This document shows, one piece after another, positions 15,061 through 26,994 of a DNA stretch of 64,000 nucleotides. Both the position numbers and the translations under genes were made by a program. The notes under the pieces were generated by a model. The model searched no databases, was not told the origin of the DNA, and saw only the letters and a program-made list of their open reading frames with translations. Numbering within the stretch: the stretch's first letter is position 1; the number at the start of each line of letters is the position of its first letter. The DNA is taken from positions 1 through 64,000 of the forward strand of contig JAPDFW010000130.1 in assembly GCA_028826165.1 (NCBI GenBank), in the 5' to 3' direction. This DNA is from Anaeramoeba ignava BMAN (taxonomy: Eukaryota; Protista; Anaeramoebae).

Positions 15061-15168
15061 TTAATTTTTGAGTAATGATGAGAGGAATAGTAAAAAAAAT
15101 TGTTTTAAACTGAATTTCATCTTTTATTGATGAAAATGCTATTAGCCCCAACTGAACTCAAAAATTAA
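15061..15168 (+). ncRNA. Box C/D snoRNA
   Basis: Box C ATGATGA 15075-15081, D' CTGA 15110-15113, C' TTGATGA 15127-15133, D CTGA 15152-15155. A perfect 13-bp terminal stem pairs ttaatttttgagt (15061-15073) with actcaaaaattaa (15156-15168). Confidence 0.85.
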
Positions 15169-15179
15169 AAAAAGAATAA

Positions 15180-15912
15180 AAAATTGAATTGAATTAAATT
15201 GAATTGAATTGAATTGAATTAAATTGAATATTGAATTAAATTGAATATTAAATTAAATTGAATATTAAATTAAATATTGAATTGAATATTAAATATTGAA
15301 TTGAATTGAATTAAATTGAAATGAATATTGAATTAAATATTGAATTGAATTAAATATTAAATTGAATTAAATATTAAATTGAATTAAATTGAATTGAAAT
15401 GAATTGAATTGAATATTGAATATTGAATTGAATATTAAATTAAATTGAATTAAATATTGAATATTGAATTGAATTAAATATTAAATTGAATTAAATATTG
15501 AATATTGAATTAAATATTAAATATTAAATTAAATATTGAATTAAATTGAATATTAAATATTGAATTAAATATTGAATTAAATTGAATTAAATTGAATATT
15601 AAATTAAATATTAAATATTGAATTGAATTAAATTGAATTAAATTGAATTGAATTGAATTGAATTGAATTAAATATTGAATTAAATATTGAATTGAATATT
15701 AAATTGAATATTGAATTAAATTAATATTAAATTGAATATTAAATTAAATTGAATTGAATTAAATATTAAATTAAAAAAAGAATAAAAAATTGAATTAAAT
15801 ATAAAAAATTGAATTGAATTAAATTAAATTGAATATTAAATTAAATTGAATATTAAATTAAATTGAATATTAAATTAAATTGAATATTAAATTAAATTGA
15901 ATATTAAATTAA
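15180..15912. repeat. ATTGA/ATTAA-type intergenic simple repeat
   Basis: Direct inspection. Confidence 0.85.
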
Positions 15913-15923
15913 AATATTTTTTT

Positions 15924-18900
15924 TCAATTCAATTCATTTGAATCTTTTTTCGGTAGAAAAGATCGTAAAATAGTTTCAAAAGATGAATCTTCGTGTAATT
16001 GATAAAAATCAGCAGCATTATCAAGTTCTTCCAAAACATCCAATGGAGTATCTGGATCAATTGAATCAAAATACATCCATTGAACCAGAATTTGAATAGC
16101 CTTTAAACTTTTTCCAGAATAATCCTGAACAGTAGAAGAAGGATCATTAACAGACTCAAACATATGAAGATACAAATCAGATCTTGCTGATAAAAGAAAC
16201 TTATGAATTTTGACAATTTGATCATCCACTTTTATTCCAAAATCTTTGCTTTCTTCATCCAAATAAAGCTGTTTTAATCCTAATAATAAACTATTTCTTG
16301 CTGATTTTTCACTTAAATCAATCCCATATTTTTCACATGTTTTGATGCTTTCTTCATTTTTGGGTTGTTCTCCTGAATAAACCCACTTTATAATCTCAAC
16401 AACTATATTATCATCTTCTATATCTTGAATTCCTTCAATAAATTTATCCATTTTTTCCTTATTCCCAATTCTTGCCAAAAGGAAGTGTTTATGACAAGGA
16501 AATGATTCATGTTTTGTCATGATTTTGAAATCGGTTAAAAATTTACTTGAATAAAAAGTTTCAAGTTCTTTGCAAATATTTCTAAAACTTAAAATGATTT
16601 TTTTTGTGTCTTCGTTTGCATTATTTGTTAGATCTTGTGAATTATAAAGAATATCAATAGGAGCTCCAGCAAGAATGATATCAATTAATCTATCTTTTTT
16701 TGACAAACGAGTTGCATTCCAAACAATTGGAACACACTAAATCAAAATATTTCAAAATATTCAAAATAATTAAAATATTTTAAATAATTAAAATAATTAA
16801 AATAATTAAAATAATTCAAATAATTAAAATAATTAAAATAATTAAAATAATTCAAATAATTAAAATAATTTAAATAATTCAAATAATTAAAATAATTTAA
16901 ATAATTAAAATAATTAAAATATTCAAAATAATTAAAATATTCAAAATAATCAAAATAATTAAAATAATTTAAATATTCCAAAATAATTAAAATAATTAAA
17001 ATATTCAAAAATAATTAAAATAATTAAAATAATCAAAATAATTAAAATAATCAAAATATTTCAAAATAATCAAAATAATCAAAATATTCAAAATAATTAA
17101 AATAATTCAAAATAATTAAAAATAATCAAAATAATTAAAATAATTAAAATATTCAAAAATAATTCAAAATAATTAAAATATTCAAAATATTTAAAATAAT
17201 TCAAAATATTTCAAATATTTAAAATAATTAAAATAATTAAAATATTTCAAAATAATTCAAAATAATTAAAATAATTAAAATAATTAAAATAATTAAAATA
17301 TTCAAAATAATTAAAATATTTCCAAAATAATTAAAATAATTAAAATAATTAAAATAATTAAAATAATTAAAAATAATTAAAATAATTCAAAATAATTAAA
17401 ATATTTAAAATAATTCAAAATATTCAAAATAATTAAAATAATTCAAAATAATTAAAATAATTAAAATAATTAAAATAATTAAAATAATTAAAATAATTCA
17501 AAATAATTAAAATATTTAAAATAATTCAAAATATTCAAAATAATTAAAATAATTCAAAATATTTCAAATAATTAAAATAATACTTACATCGCTTAACCAA
17601 AAATCAGCATGTTTCAATAATAATCTAAAAGAATCTCGAGGTGTTTTTTCTGAATACTGTTTTAATAGTATATGTAATGGTGTTTGATTCTACAAAAAAA
17701 TTTGTTTTGTTAATTTTCATTCAATTTAATTTAATTTTCTTTTAATTTACATCCTTTTTTTTTGGAATACAATTTTAATATCAATTTAAAAAAATTCGTG
17801 TTTGAATTCATCTTCTTTAAATTACTAACTGTTTAAATTCTATCTTAATAATCTTTTTTTCAATTATTTCTTTTTTTCAATTTTTTTACATTCTTTTTTT
17901 TTATTAAATTAATTTGATAAATTTCATTATAAAAAATTAAAATTACTAAATCATTCACTGAGAAACCCTTATCTAATAAAAATTCAATTTTGGTTTTTGA
18001 TGTTTCTCCTTCACAAGCTCTATGAAGAATTGTACTTCCCTTATTATTTAATCAAAATGATTATTATTATCACTATAAATATAAATCTTAAAAAAAAAAA
18101 GATTTTGTTTATTGATTTACTTTTCTAAAAATTTAATTTAATTTAAAAGAAAAAAAAAGAAATTATTTTTCCAATAAATTTCTTCTTTTTACTGAATCAA
18201 CTTGTTTCAAATTAACATTTGAAGAAATCAACTTTTTAATAATTGTTAAATCTTCACTTGAATTCATTGCATAATCTATTGCAACTTTTTTCTAATAATA
18301 AATCTTATTATTAAAGAAACTTTTTTTTTTTATTGAAAAGAAAATTTTTTCAAATCAAATTTACATGCTAAATTGAAAATATTTTATTCATTCTCTTTTC
18401 TAATATCTTAAAAAAGAATAAGAAATAAAACAAACATCCTAAATCCAAAAACAAATATATATAAATTAAATAATAAATTTTCATTCAAATTAAAGTTCCC
18501 TTTTTTTTACATTCTTTTGAATTTTTTTCATTAAAATTTATTCAAAAAAAAAACTCAATTTTAATTTAAAATACATGCTATAAAATATTATTTTGAAATT
18601 ATATTAATTTTCTTTTTGGATAAATAATTAAATGAATAAAATCAATACAAACTAAAAAAATAATAATAATAACAATAATATTTTTGGTTTTTTAGCATTA
18701 ATTAATTAATTAATTAATTCCAAAAAAAAATTTACAAGCTAAAAATAATTTAAATTAAATTGTCTTCCAAACAAAACAAAATATTTATATTTAAATTAAA
18801 TTCTACTTGCTAATAAAATGGAAAAAAATTTGATTTTGATATTTTTTTGATCAAAATAAAAGGAAAAACTTTTTCATTTTTGAAATCAAACATGCTAAAT

Positions 18901-19999
18901 TTTTTTTTTAGAAAAAGAATCAAAATTTTAGTTTTTTTACTTTATTTAATAAGAAAAAAAAAACATAAAATATTTACAATCTAAAAATAAAATTACTCCT
19001 CAATAAAAAATATTTTATCAAATAAAATATAAATTTATTTAAATTACATGCTAATTATTTATCCAAAAAGTAAAATCAAATGAAATCAAATGAATTTAAA
19101 TTTGAATTTAAAATTAAAATAATAATTTACAGTTGGGATATTTGGATCAGCTCCATTATCAAGTAAAAATTCTACAAGCGGAATATCTCCTTTTTGAATA
19201 GCAAAAATTAAAGGTGTAAAATTCTAAATTTTTTATAATATTTTTAATATTTTTAATATTTTTAATAATAAAACATTTACATCCTTTAAAAAGAAAAAAA
19301 AAAAGGGAATTATTTATAAAAATTAATGAAAAGGAAATATTTATCATTTACATACTAAATAATTTTAAAGTAATTTGTTTGTATTAATTTTTTTAAAAGA
19401 AGATTTTTATCTTTTCAAATTTACAATCTAAAACAAAAAGAAGAAAAAATAATTAAAAAATTTAATAAGAATAAAATTGTAATGATTTTTTACAGTCTAT
19501 AAAAACAATAAATTAAATTTAAATTTAATTCAAATTAGCTTTAAATTATCTTTATTACTCTCTTTATTAAAAGAAATATATAAAATTTAAATATTTTATA
19601 TTGAAAAATAATATTATTTACAGTCTAAAATTTTTTATAAAAATAAAAATAAAAATTAATTATAATTTTAATATAATTTTACTATTGGTAAATTTAAATC
19701 AGCTCCAATAGAAAAAAGATGTTTAATAATTTCTAAATCAATGTTTTCTTGTTTGCAAGCAAAAGCTAAAGGAGTAAATTTCTATTATAATTATAAAATT
19801 ATATAATTTAAATAAAATAATTTTAAATAAAAAGCAAATTTTTTTACATTCTAAATTTAAAAATTAAAATTTTAAAAATAATTCTAAATTAAATTGATTT
19901 TTTTTTTACATAAAGAATATTGATATTATCTTTATTAGCTTCTTCTTTAACTGATTTTAAATCGTTTTTTGTTATTGCTTCAAATAATTTTTCACTCAT
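15924..19999 (-). CDS. Ankyrin-repeat + tandem BTB/POZ protein with arrays of single-codon microexons
   Basis: Phase-0 exons: 19999-19910 (MSEKLFEAITKNDLKSVKEEANKDNINILY), 19781-19683 (KFTPLAFACKQENIDLEIIKHLFSIGADLNLPI), 19223-19131 (NFTPLIFAIQKGDIPLVEFLLDNGADPNIPT), 18291-18193 (KKVAIDYAMNSSEDLTIIKKLISSNVNLKQVDS), 18039-17947 (GSTILHRACEGETSKTKIEFLLDKGFSVNDL), 17689-17588 (NQTPLHILLKQYSEKTPRDSFRLLLKHADFWLSD) and 16736-15924. The last exon has two BTB domains (TDFKI..FPCHKHFLLAR; SKDFGI..IHKFLLSARS). All exons have AG/GT borders. Confidence 0.88.
17751..17892 (-). other. Array of 3 single-codon microexons: N,L,D
   Basis: AG|NNN|GT at 17890-92 AAT, 17826-28 TTA and 17751-53 GAT. Introns are 54-72 nt. 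Including all three gives VNDL-NLD-NQTPLH, the canonical ankyrin spacing. Confidence 0.8.
18121..18124 (-). other. Microexon AAA(A), probably a single Lys codon with a homopolymer over-call
   Basis: ttttAG|AAAA|GTaaat. One Lys here gives QVDS-K-GSTILH, the ankyrin consensus spacing. The assembly has other homopolymer indels. Confidence 0.55.
18365..19050 (-). other. Array of 10 single-codon microexons: H,I,H,Q,L,F,H,N,D,H
   Basis: AG|NNN|GT at 19048-50 CAT, 18978-80 ATT, 18892-94 CAT, 18807-09 CAA, 18736-38 CTT, 18650-52 TTT, 18575-77 CAT, 18511-13 AAT, 18436-38 GAT and 18365-67 CAT. Introns are 61-83 nt. Confidence 0.8.
19281..19624 (-). other. Array of 6 single-codon microexons: T,R,T,I,Y,D
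   Basis: AG|NNN|GT at 19622-24 ACT, 19559-61 AGA, 19494-96 ACT, 19425-27 ATT, 19352-54 TAT and 19281-83 GAT. Introns are 57-70 nt. Confidence 0.8.
19848..19850 (-). other. Single-codon microexon AAT (Asn) between exon 1 and the first full ankyrin exon
   Basis: tttAG|AAT|GTaaa, with flanking introns of 59 and 66 nt. Confidence 0.75.
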
Positions 20000-20122
20000 T
20001 TTTTTGTTTTGAAATTGAAATGAAAAAAATGAAAATAAAATTGTTTTATTAATTTAATTTGTTTTTTTTTTCTCTATCAAACAATTTTTTAAAAAGAAAA
20101 ATTAATAATTTCTTTTTCTTTT

Positions 20123-23100
20123 TTAAAAATATTTTCGAAGTTTTTCAAAATTTAAATGAATTGGTTCAAAAATTTTTCTTCCTTTTGTTGCTTTTTTCCA
20201 TTTTTGGAAATGAATTACACGAATAAAATTTTGAATGATTTTCAAATCCTTTTTATAAACAAAAGAAGATCCAGAAAATTTTGATTTGGATTGATTTTTT
20301 GGATTTGGAAAATTTTTGACGTTTTGGGATTTTGAATAATAAACCCAAGAATGAAGAGCAATTTCAAAAAAAGCGGAATAAAGATGAGCAAGATAAGTTT
20401 TGTCGTCATTCCATTGGCAGTCCAATCTCAAGATTTTATTGACGAAACTTTTGGAGAATTTTTGATGGTTTTGTTTTCGTTCGAAAATATTGGTTGAATT
20501 ATTTTCCTTGTTTTTCAATTTTTTAAGATTATAATATAAAGGACCGTTCAAAGCACCTGTTTCGTAATCATAAATGGAAACAAATTTATGCAGTGATTTG
20601 GGGAGTGAAATTGCTTTAGAAATTGAGCAAATTTTCATATTTACGAGTTCTTGGAATGATTTTTGAGAGGAAGTTAACCAAATATTGCCCACATTTTGCT
20701 TTGTGATTTCGCCTGGAACAAAAGTAGTTAAATGAGAAACCATGTATCTTGCAAAGTTTTCGTGTGTGGAAGAGGCTGTAATAAAAAGGGGTCTTCCAAT
20801 TAATAAAGTATAAACTAAATGTTCAATACAAAAAAAGAATTTTTTATGAACAAATTCAATGATTCCATTTTTGCAATCGTCTCTCCAAATAAAATCTAAA
20901 CTTTGTCTGAAATCTTGGGTATTAAAAGAGAACAAGTCGAATGATAAATGCGGATTGTTGATGAATTCACTTGCAGAACTTTTGTTTTTACTTGAGAATT
21001 GTTCCGTATTCGAAATTTTTGTTTGATTTTTTTCTTTTGAAAATTTTGTTCCGAAATTTAAAATGGGAATTTTTCCAATTGTGAGTAACAGTTCTTTTTC
21101 ATCTTTCCAAGTGTGAATGTGATATTCTGTGAATAATTGGATTTGATTTTTGGAGAAATGATGAAGGAATTGTTTGAGATGTATTTGAGTGATATTTTTA
21201 TATGCTTCATCAATGAAAACTTTTTCTATTGGTCTTAGTGGGAAATCGTAATCTTTTTGTTTTATATATGATATTAATTCTTCTTGAGTTTTTTGTTGAA
21301 TCATTCCATGTATTGATTTTTTATATTTATTTTTGAGGATTACAATTTGATTTTTTCATTTTTTTGATTTTTTTCATTTTTTTGATTTTTTTCATTTTTT
21401 TGATTTTTTTCATTTTTTTGATTTTTTTCATTTTTTTCATTTTTTTCATTTTGAATTTGATTTTGAATTTGATTTTTTTCATTTTGAATTTGAATTTGAT
21501 TTTGATTTTGATTTTTTTCATTTTGAATTTGATTTTGATTTTGAATTTGATTTTGATTTTGATTTTGATTTTGATTTTCATTTTGATTTTGATTTTGAAT
21601 TTGATTTTGATTTTCATTTTGATTTTGATTTTTTTCATTTTGAATTTGAATTTGATTTTGAATTTCATTTTGAATTTGAATTTGATTTTGAATTTGATTT
21701 TTTTCATTTTGAATTTGATTTTGAATTTGAATTTGATTTTCATTTTGATTTTCAATTTCAATTTCATTTTGATTTTGATTTTGATTTTGAATTTGATTTT
21801 GATTTTCAATTTCATTTTGATTTTGAATTTGAATTTGGTTTTGATTTTGAATTTGATTTTGATTTTGATTTTGATTTTGAATTTGATTTTGGATTTCATT
21901 TTGATTTTGATTTTGAATTTGATTTTGATTTTGATTTTGATTTTGATTTTGATTTTGATTTTGATTTTGATTTTGATTTTGATTTTGATTTTGATTTTGA
22001 TTTTGATTTTCAATTTCATTTTGATTTTGAATTTGAATTTGGTTTTGATTTTGATTTTGATTTTGATTTTCAATTTCATTTTGATTTTGATTTTGGTTTT
22101 GAATTTGATTTTGATTTTTATTTTGATTTTGATTTTTAATTTGATTTTTATTATTTTCGTTTTCAACTTCAATTTCAATTTCATTTTGATTTTCAAATTG
22201 TTTATAAATTGAATAATTATTTCTAATTTCTTGATTTCCATCTTGTGATTTTTTTGTTTCCCTTCTTAAAAAGGAATCTAATAATGATAATTCCTGAAGA
22301 GAAATAATAGAAAAAATATCTTTTTCACTTTGTTGAAGTTCTTCTAAACTTTCATTTAATTTTATATCAATTCCTTTTTTATAATTTTTGGATTCAATTT
22401 GATTCTAATTATTTTAAAATTAAAATTAAAAATTAAATTTAAGTTTTTAAAAAATAAATAAATAAATAAATACTTTTTCAATTTGTTCTAAAGTATTAAT
22501 TCTTTGAACAATTTCAAAGTAAAATTGTGGATTATTTCTAGAATGTAGATATGAAACTATTTTTAAAAATGAAGCTCTTAAATCAACAAGATTATCCATA
22601 ATTTTTGTTCTATTAGAAATGAAACTTATACATAATGTTCTCACAAAACCTCTTGCATCTCTATCAAATAAAGAAAAAAGAACAACCTTTTTTAAAAAAA
22701 ATTTATTAGTATTAAGTGATTTTTCAATTAGAATTAGAATTAGATTTAGATTTATATTTATATTTATATTTATATTTATATTTATATTTATATTTAGATT
22801 TAGATTTAGATTTAGAATTAGATTTAGAATTAGATTTAGATTTAGATTTAGATTTAGATTTAGATTTATATTTTGGATTTATATTTAGAATTAGATTTAG
22901 ATTTAGATTTAGATTTAGAATTAGAATTAGATTTAGATTTAGATTTAGATTTAGATTTATATTTATATTTATATTTATATTTATATTTATATTTATATTT
23001 ATATTTATATTTATATTTATATTTATATTTATATTTATATTTATATTTATTAAATTAGATTTAGAATAGATTTTTGATTTTGGGAATTAGAATTAGAATT

Positions 23101-24521
23101 AGATTTGAAATTGGATTTAGATTTAGAATTAGAATTAGATTTAAATTAGATTTAGAATTAGATTTAGATTTAATTTAGATTTAGATTTTAGAATTTTAAA
23201 ATTCAAAATTAGAATTAGATTTTAGATTTAGAATTTAGATTTAGATTTAGATTTTTAGATTTAAATTTAGATTTAGATTTTAGATTTGAGATTTTAGATT
23301 TAGAATTGGGAAAAGATTAGAATTTTAAATCAGAATTTAGAAATTAGAATTAGAATTAGAATTAGATTTAGATTTAGAATTAGATTTAGATTTAGATTTA
23401 GAATTTATATTTAGATTTAGATTTATATTTATATTTATATTTATATTTATATTTATATTTATATTTATATTTATATTTATATTTAGATTTAGATTTAGAT
23501 TTAGATTTAGATTTATATTTATATTTATATTTATATTTATATTTATATTTTTATATTTATATTTATATTTATATTTATATTTATATTTATATTTATATTT
23601 ATATTTATATTTATATTTATATTTATATTTATATTTATATTTATATTTATATTTATATTTTATATTTATATTTATATTTATATTTAGATTTATATTTATA
23701 TTTATATTTAGATTTAGATTTAAATTAAATTAAATTTAGAGATTTAGATTTAGATTTAGATTTAGATTTAGATTTAGATTTAGATTTTATATTTAGATTT
23801 ATATTTATATTTATATTTAGATTTATTTTTAGATTTATATTTATATTTTATATTTATATTTATATTTATTTATATTTATATTTATATTTATATTTATATT
23901 TTATATTTGTATTTATATTTATATTTATATTTATATTTATATTTATATTTATATTTATAATTATATTTAGATTTAGATTTATATTTATATTTATATTTAT
24001 ATTTAGATTTATTTAGATTTAGATTTATATTTAGATTTATATTTATATTTATATTTAGATTTATATTTATATTTATATTTATATTTATATTTATATTTAT
24101 ATTAATATTTATATTTATATTTATATTTATATTTATATTTAGATTTATTTTTAGATTTATATTTATATTTAGATTTAGATTTATATTTAGATTTATATTT
24201 AGATTTATATTTATATTTAGATTTAGAATTAGATTTAGAATTAGATTTAGAATTAGATTTAGATTTAGATTTAGATTTATATTCGGGATTGTTTACAAAT
24301 GCACATAAATTTTCTTCATTTTCAGGAATTGGAATTACAAATTCATGATCTTTATTGCCTGTTAATTTTTCACTTGGATGAAGATTTGAAGACATAACAG
24401 ACAAAACAAAACGAGTAAAATTAAAAGTTTGATTTCGAAATTTTTCTTCAGGAAAAATCCAAATTGGAATTGGACCAACTTTTTCACAAAATTCACTGAT
24501 TACAACAAAATCTGTAATCAT
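20123..24521 (-). CDS. SMCR8: SMCR8-like longin/DENN protein
   Basis: Exons 24521-24297 ([16 protein letters not shown]), 22686-22474 ([14 protein letters not shown]) and 22404-20123 (Q/N-rich insert, then [14 protein letters not shown]). A 1-nt deletion in an A-run near 21351 breaks the frame. Intron 1 is filled with ATTTAG/ATTTAT repeats. Confidence 0.75.
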
Positions 24522-24932
24522 TATTATTATTATTATTATTTTATAAAAATTAAAAATTAAATCAAAATCTAAATTATAAATATAAAGAAAGAAGAATAAG
24601 AAATAAAAAAGGAAAGAAGAAAATGAAAAAAAAATTAAATTTAAATTTTTGTTTATTTTTTTTAATTTAATCTTTCATAATTATTATGAAAAATTTTTAT
24701 TTAAAAAGGAGAAAAAAAAAAAAAGGAGAAAAAGTCAATAAATAAAAAAAAAAAAGAGGAAGAAAAGCAACAAAAACAAAAAATTTTTTCGCTTTTTTTA
24801 TTAATTAAAATCCTATTTTAAATTAAGGGGTAAATATATATAAACATTATTTTTATTTGAAATTAAAGATTTACTATATAAAGCTTATTAATTATTGATA
24901 AAATTTTTGATAAAAATAAAATTAAATCAAAA

Positions 24933-24938
24933 CACGTG
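24933..24938. promoter_or_regulatory. CACGTG (E-box-like) motif upstream of oxidoreductase paralogue 1
   Basis: aaaaCACGTG is present upstream of both paralogues, in otherwise near-pure AT sequence. Confidence 0.4.
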
Positions 24939-25121
24939 TAAACAAATTTAACAACTAAGCAAAAACTAAATTGAAAAAAAAAAACACAAAAAAAAAGTTT
25001 AAAAGAAAAGATCAAATTAAATAAATAATTATTTTTCACTTTTAAAAACAAAAAAAAAAAATTCAAATCTTTAAAAAAAAACCAAATTTAAATCTTTAAA
25101 AAAAAAAAACCAAATTAAAAA

Positions 25122-26994
25122 ATGTCAAACAAAAGAGATTTTATTATAATTGGCGGTGGACCAGGTGGAATAGTCACAGCTCATGTAATAAAATTCATGA
25201 CACAAATGATGGGCAAACAATTATCAGTTTTGATAATCAAAGACGAAGAAAAGCTTGTTAATCGATGCGCAATTCCTTATGGAATGGGAGAAAAAATTCC
25301 AGCTGATGATTTCCTTATTCCTTTAGAAATGTTCACTTCAGCTGCTGAACTTAAAATTGATACTGTTACTAAAATTCTTCCTGAAGAATCTAAAGTTGTT
25401 ACTAAATCTGGTGAAGAATTTGAATATACAAACCTCTTAATTGCTACTGGTGCTTCTCCTTTTGTTCCTCCTATTGATTTGATTGATTCAAAAAATATTT
25501 TGAAAGTTCGTGATTATGAAAACTTTGAAAAAATGAGAGAATTGACAAAAAATGCTGAAAAGAAGAAGGTGGTGGTTATTGGTGGTGGTTATATTGGAAT
25601 TGAAATGGCTTGTGGATATGCTGATATTGGATTTGATGTTACTGTTGTTGAAATGGTAATTTTGCATTAAAAACATAAATATAAACAATATAAATGAATA
25701 TAAACAAATATTAAATATTGAATATTGAATATTGAATTAAATATTGAATTGAATATTGAATTAAATATTGAATATTAAATATTAAATATTGAATATTGAA
25801 TTGAATAATGAATTGAATTAAATATTGAATATTAAATATTAAATATTAAATATTGAATATTAAATATTAAAATGAATTAAATATTGAATAATGAATTGAA
25901 TATTGAATTAAATATTGAATATTGAATTAAATATTGAATTGAATATTGAATATTAAAATGAATTGAATATTAAATTGAATATTAAATTGAATATTGAATT
26001 GAATATTGAATTGAATTGAATAATAAATATTGAAATGAATATTGAATATTGAATATTGAATTAAATATTGAATTGAATATTAAATTGAATTGAATATTGA
26101 ATTGAATAATAAATTGAATATTGAATTGAATATTAAAATATCTTTCTTTATTTTATTATTTAGTTATCTCATGTTATGCAAATAACAACTGATAGTGAAT
26201 TCACAGAAATTATTGAAAAAGAATTAACAGATCACAAAATTAATCTGAAATTAGGCCAAAAATTAACAGGATTTGTTAAATCAGAAAAAAATCCAGATTA
26301 TGTTTCTCACGTAATTTTAGATTCAGGAGAAAAAATTGAAGCAGATATTGTTGTTCTTTCAATAGGAGTAAGACCAAATACAAAACTTGCAGCAGATTGT
26401 GGAATTGAAGTGTCAAAATTTGGAATTGTTACTAATGAGCATTTACAAACAAAATATCCAAATATTTACGCAGTAGGAGATGCTACTCAAAAGAAATCAC
26501 TTATAACACAAAAACCAACTGTTTGTCAATTTGGAACAACAGCAATTTTCATGGGCAAAGTAGTAGCAAATAATATTCTTGGAATAAAGAAGGAATGCAA
26601 AGGAGTAATCAATAGTTATTGCACCAAAATATTTGATTGGGGAATTGGAGGAGCTGGAGTATCAGAAGAACAAGCAAAAGCTGAAGGATTTGATTATGTT
26701 GTTGGATTTTCCAAAGTGGAAGATAAATATCCAATGTTGAATCCATCACCTCTTATCACCAAATTAGTTTTCAATAAAAAAGATATGAAATTAATTGGAG
26801 GTTGTTCAATGAAAAAAGGAGATAGTGCTGCTCATCTTTCTGATTGGTTTAGTTTGGGCATGCAAAAAGGTATTACTCTCGAAGATGTCATTGATTTCCA
26901 ATACTCCACTCATCCAGAACTCAATTCAAAACCTAGCTTCAACATGTATGTTGCAGCTGCTCAAGATGCATGGATGAAATTACAAAAGAAATAA
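25122..26994 (+). CDS. FAD-dependent NADH oxidase / CoA-disulfide reductase family, paralogue 1
   Basis: Exons 25122-25655 and 26164-26994. Motifs: GGGPGG FAD fold, single redox Cys (NRCAIPY), ATGASP, GGGYIGIE, IYAVGD, and C-terminal YSTHPEL. Confidence 0.9.

Noticed and set aside
18993-19002. Possible 2-nt microexon (AG|GA|GT) within the 10-exon array
   Set aside because: It is only about 16 nt from the next acceptor, far below the shortest intron seen, and it is out of phase.
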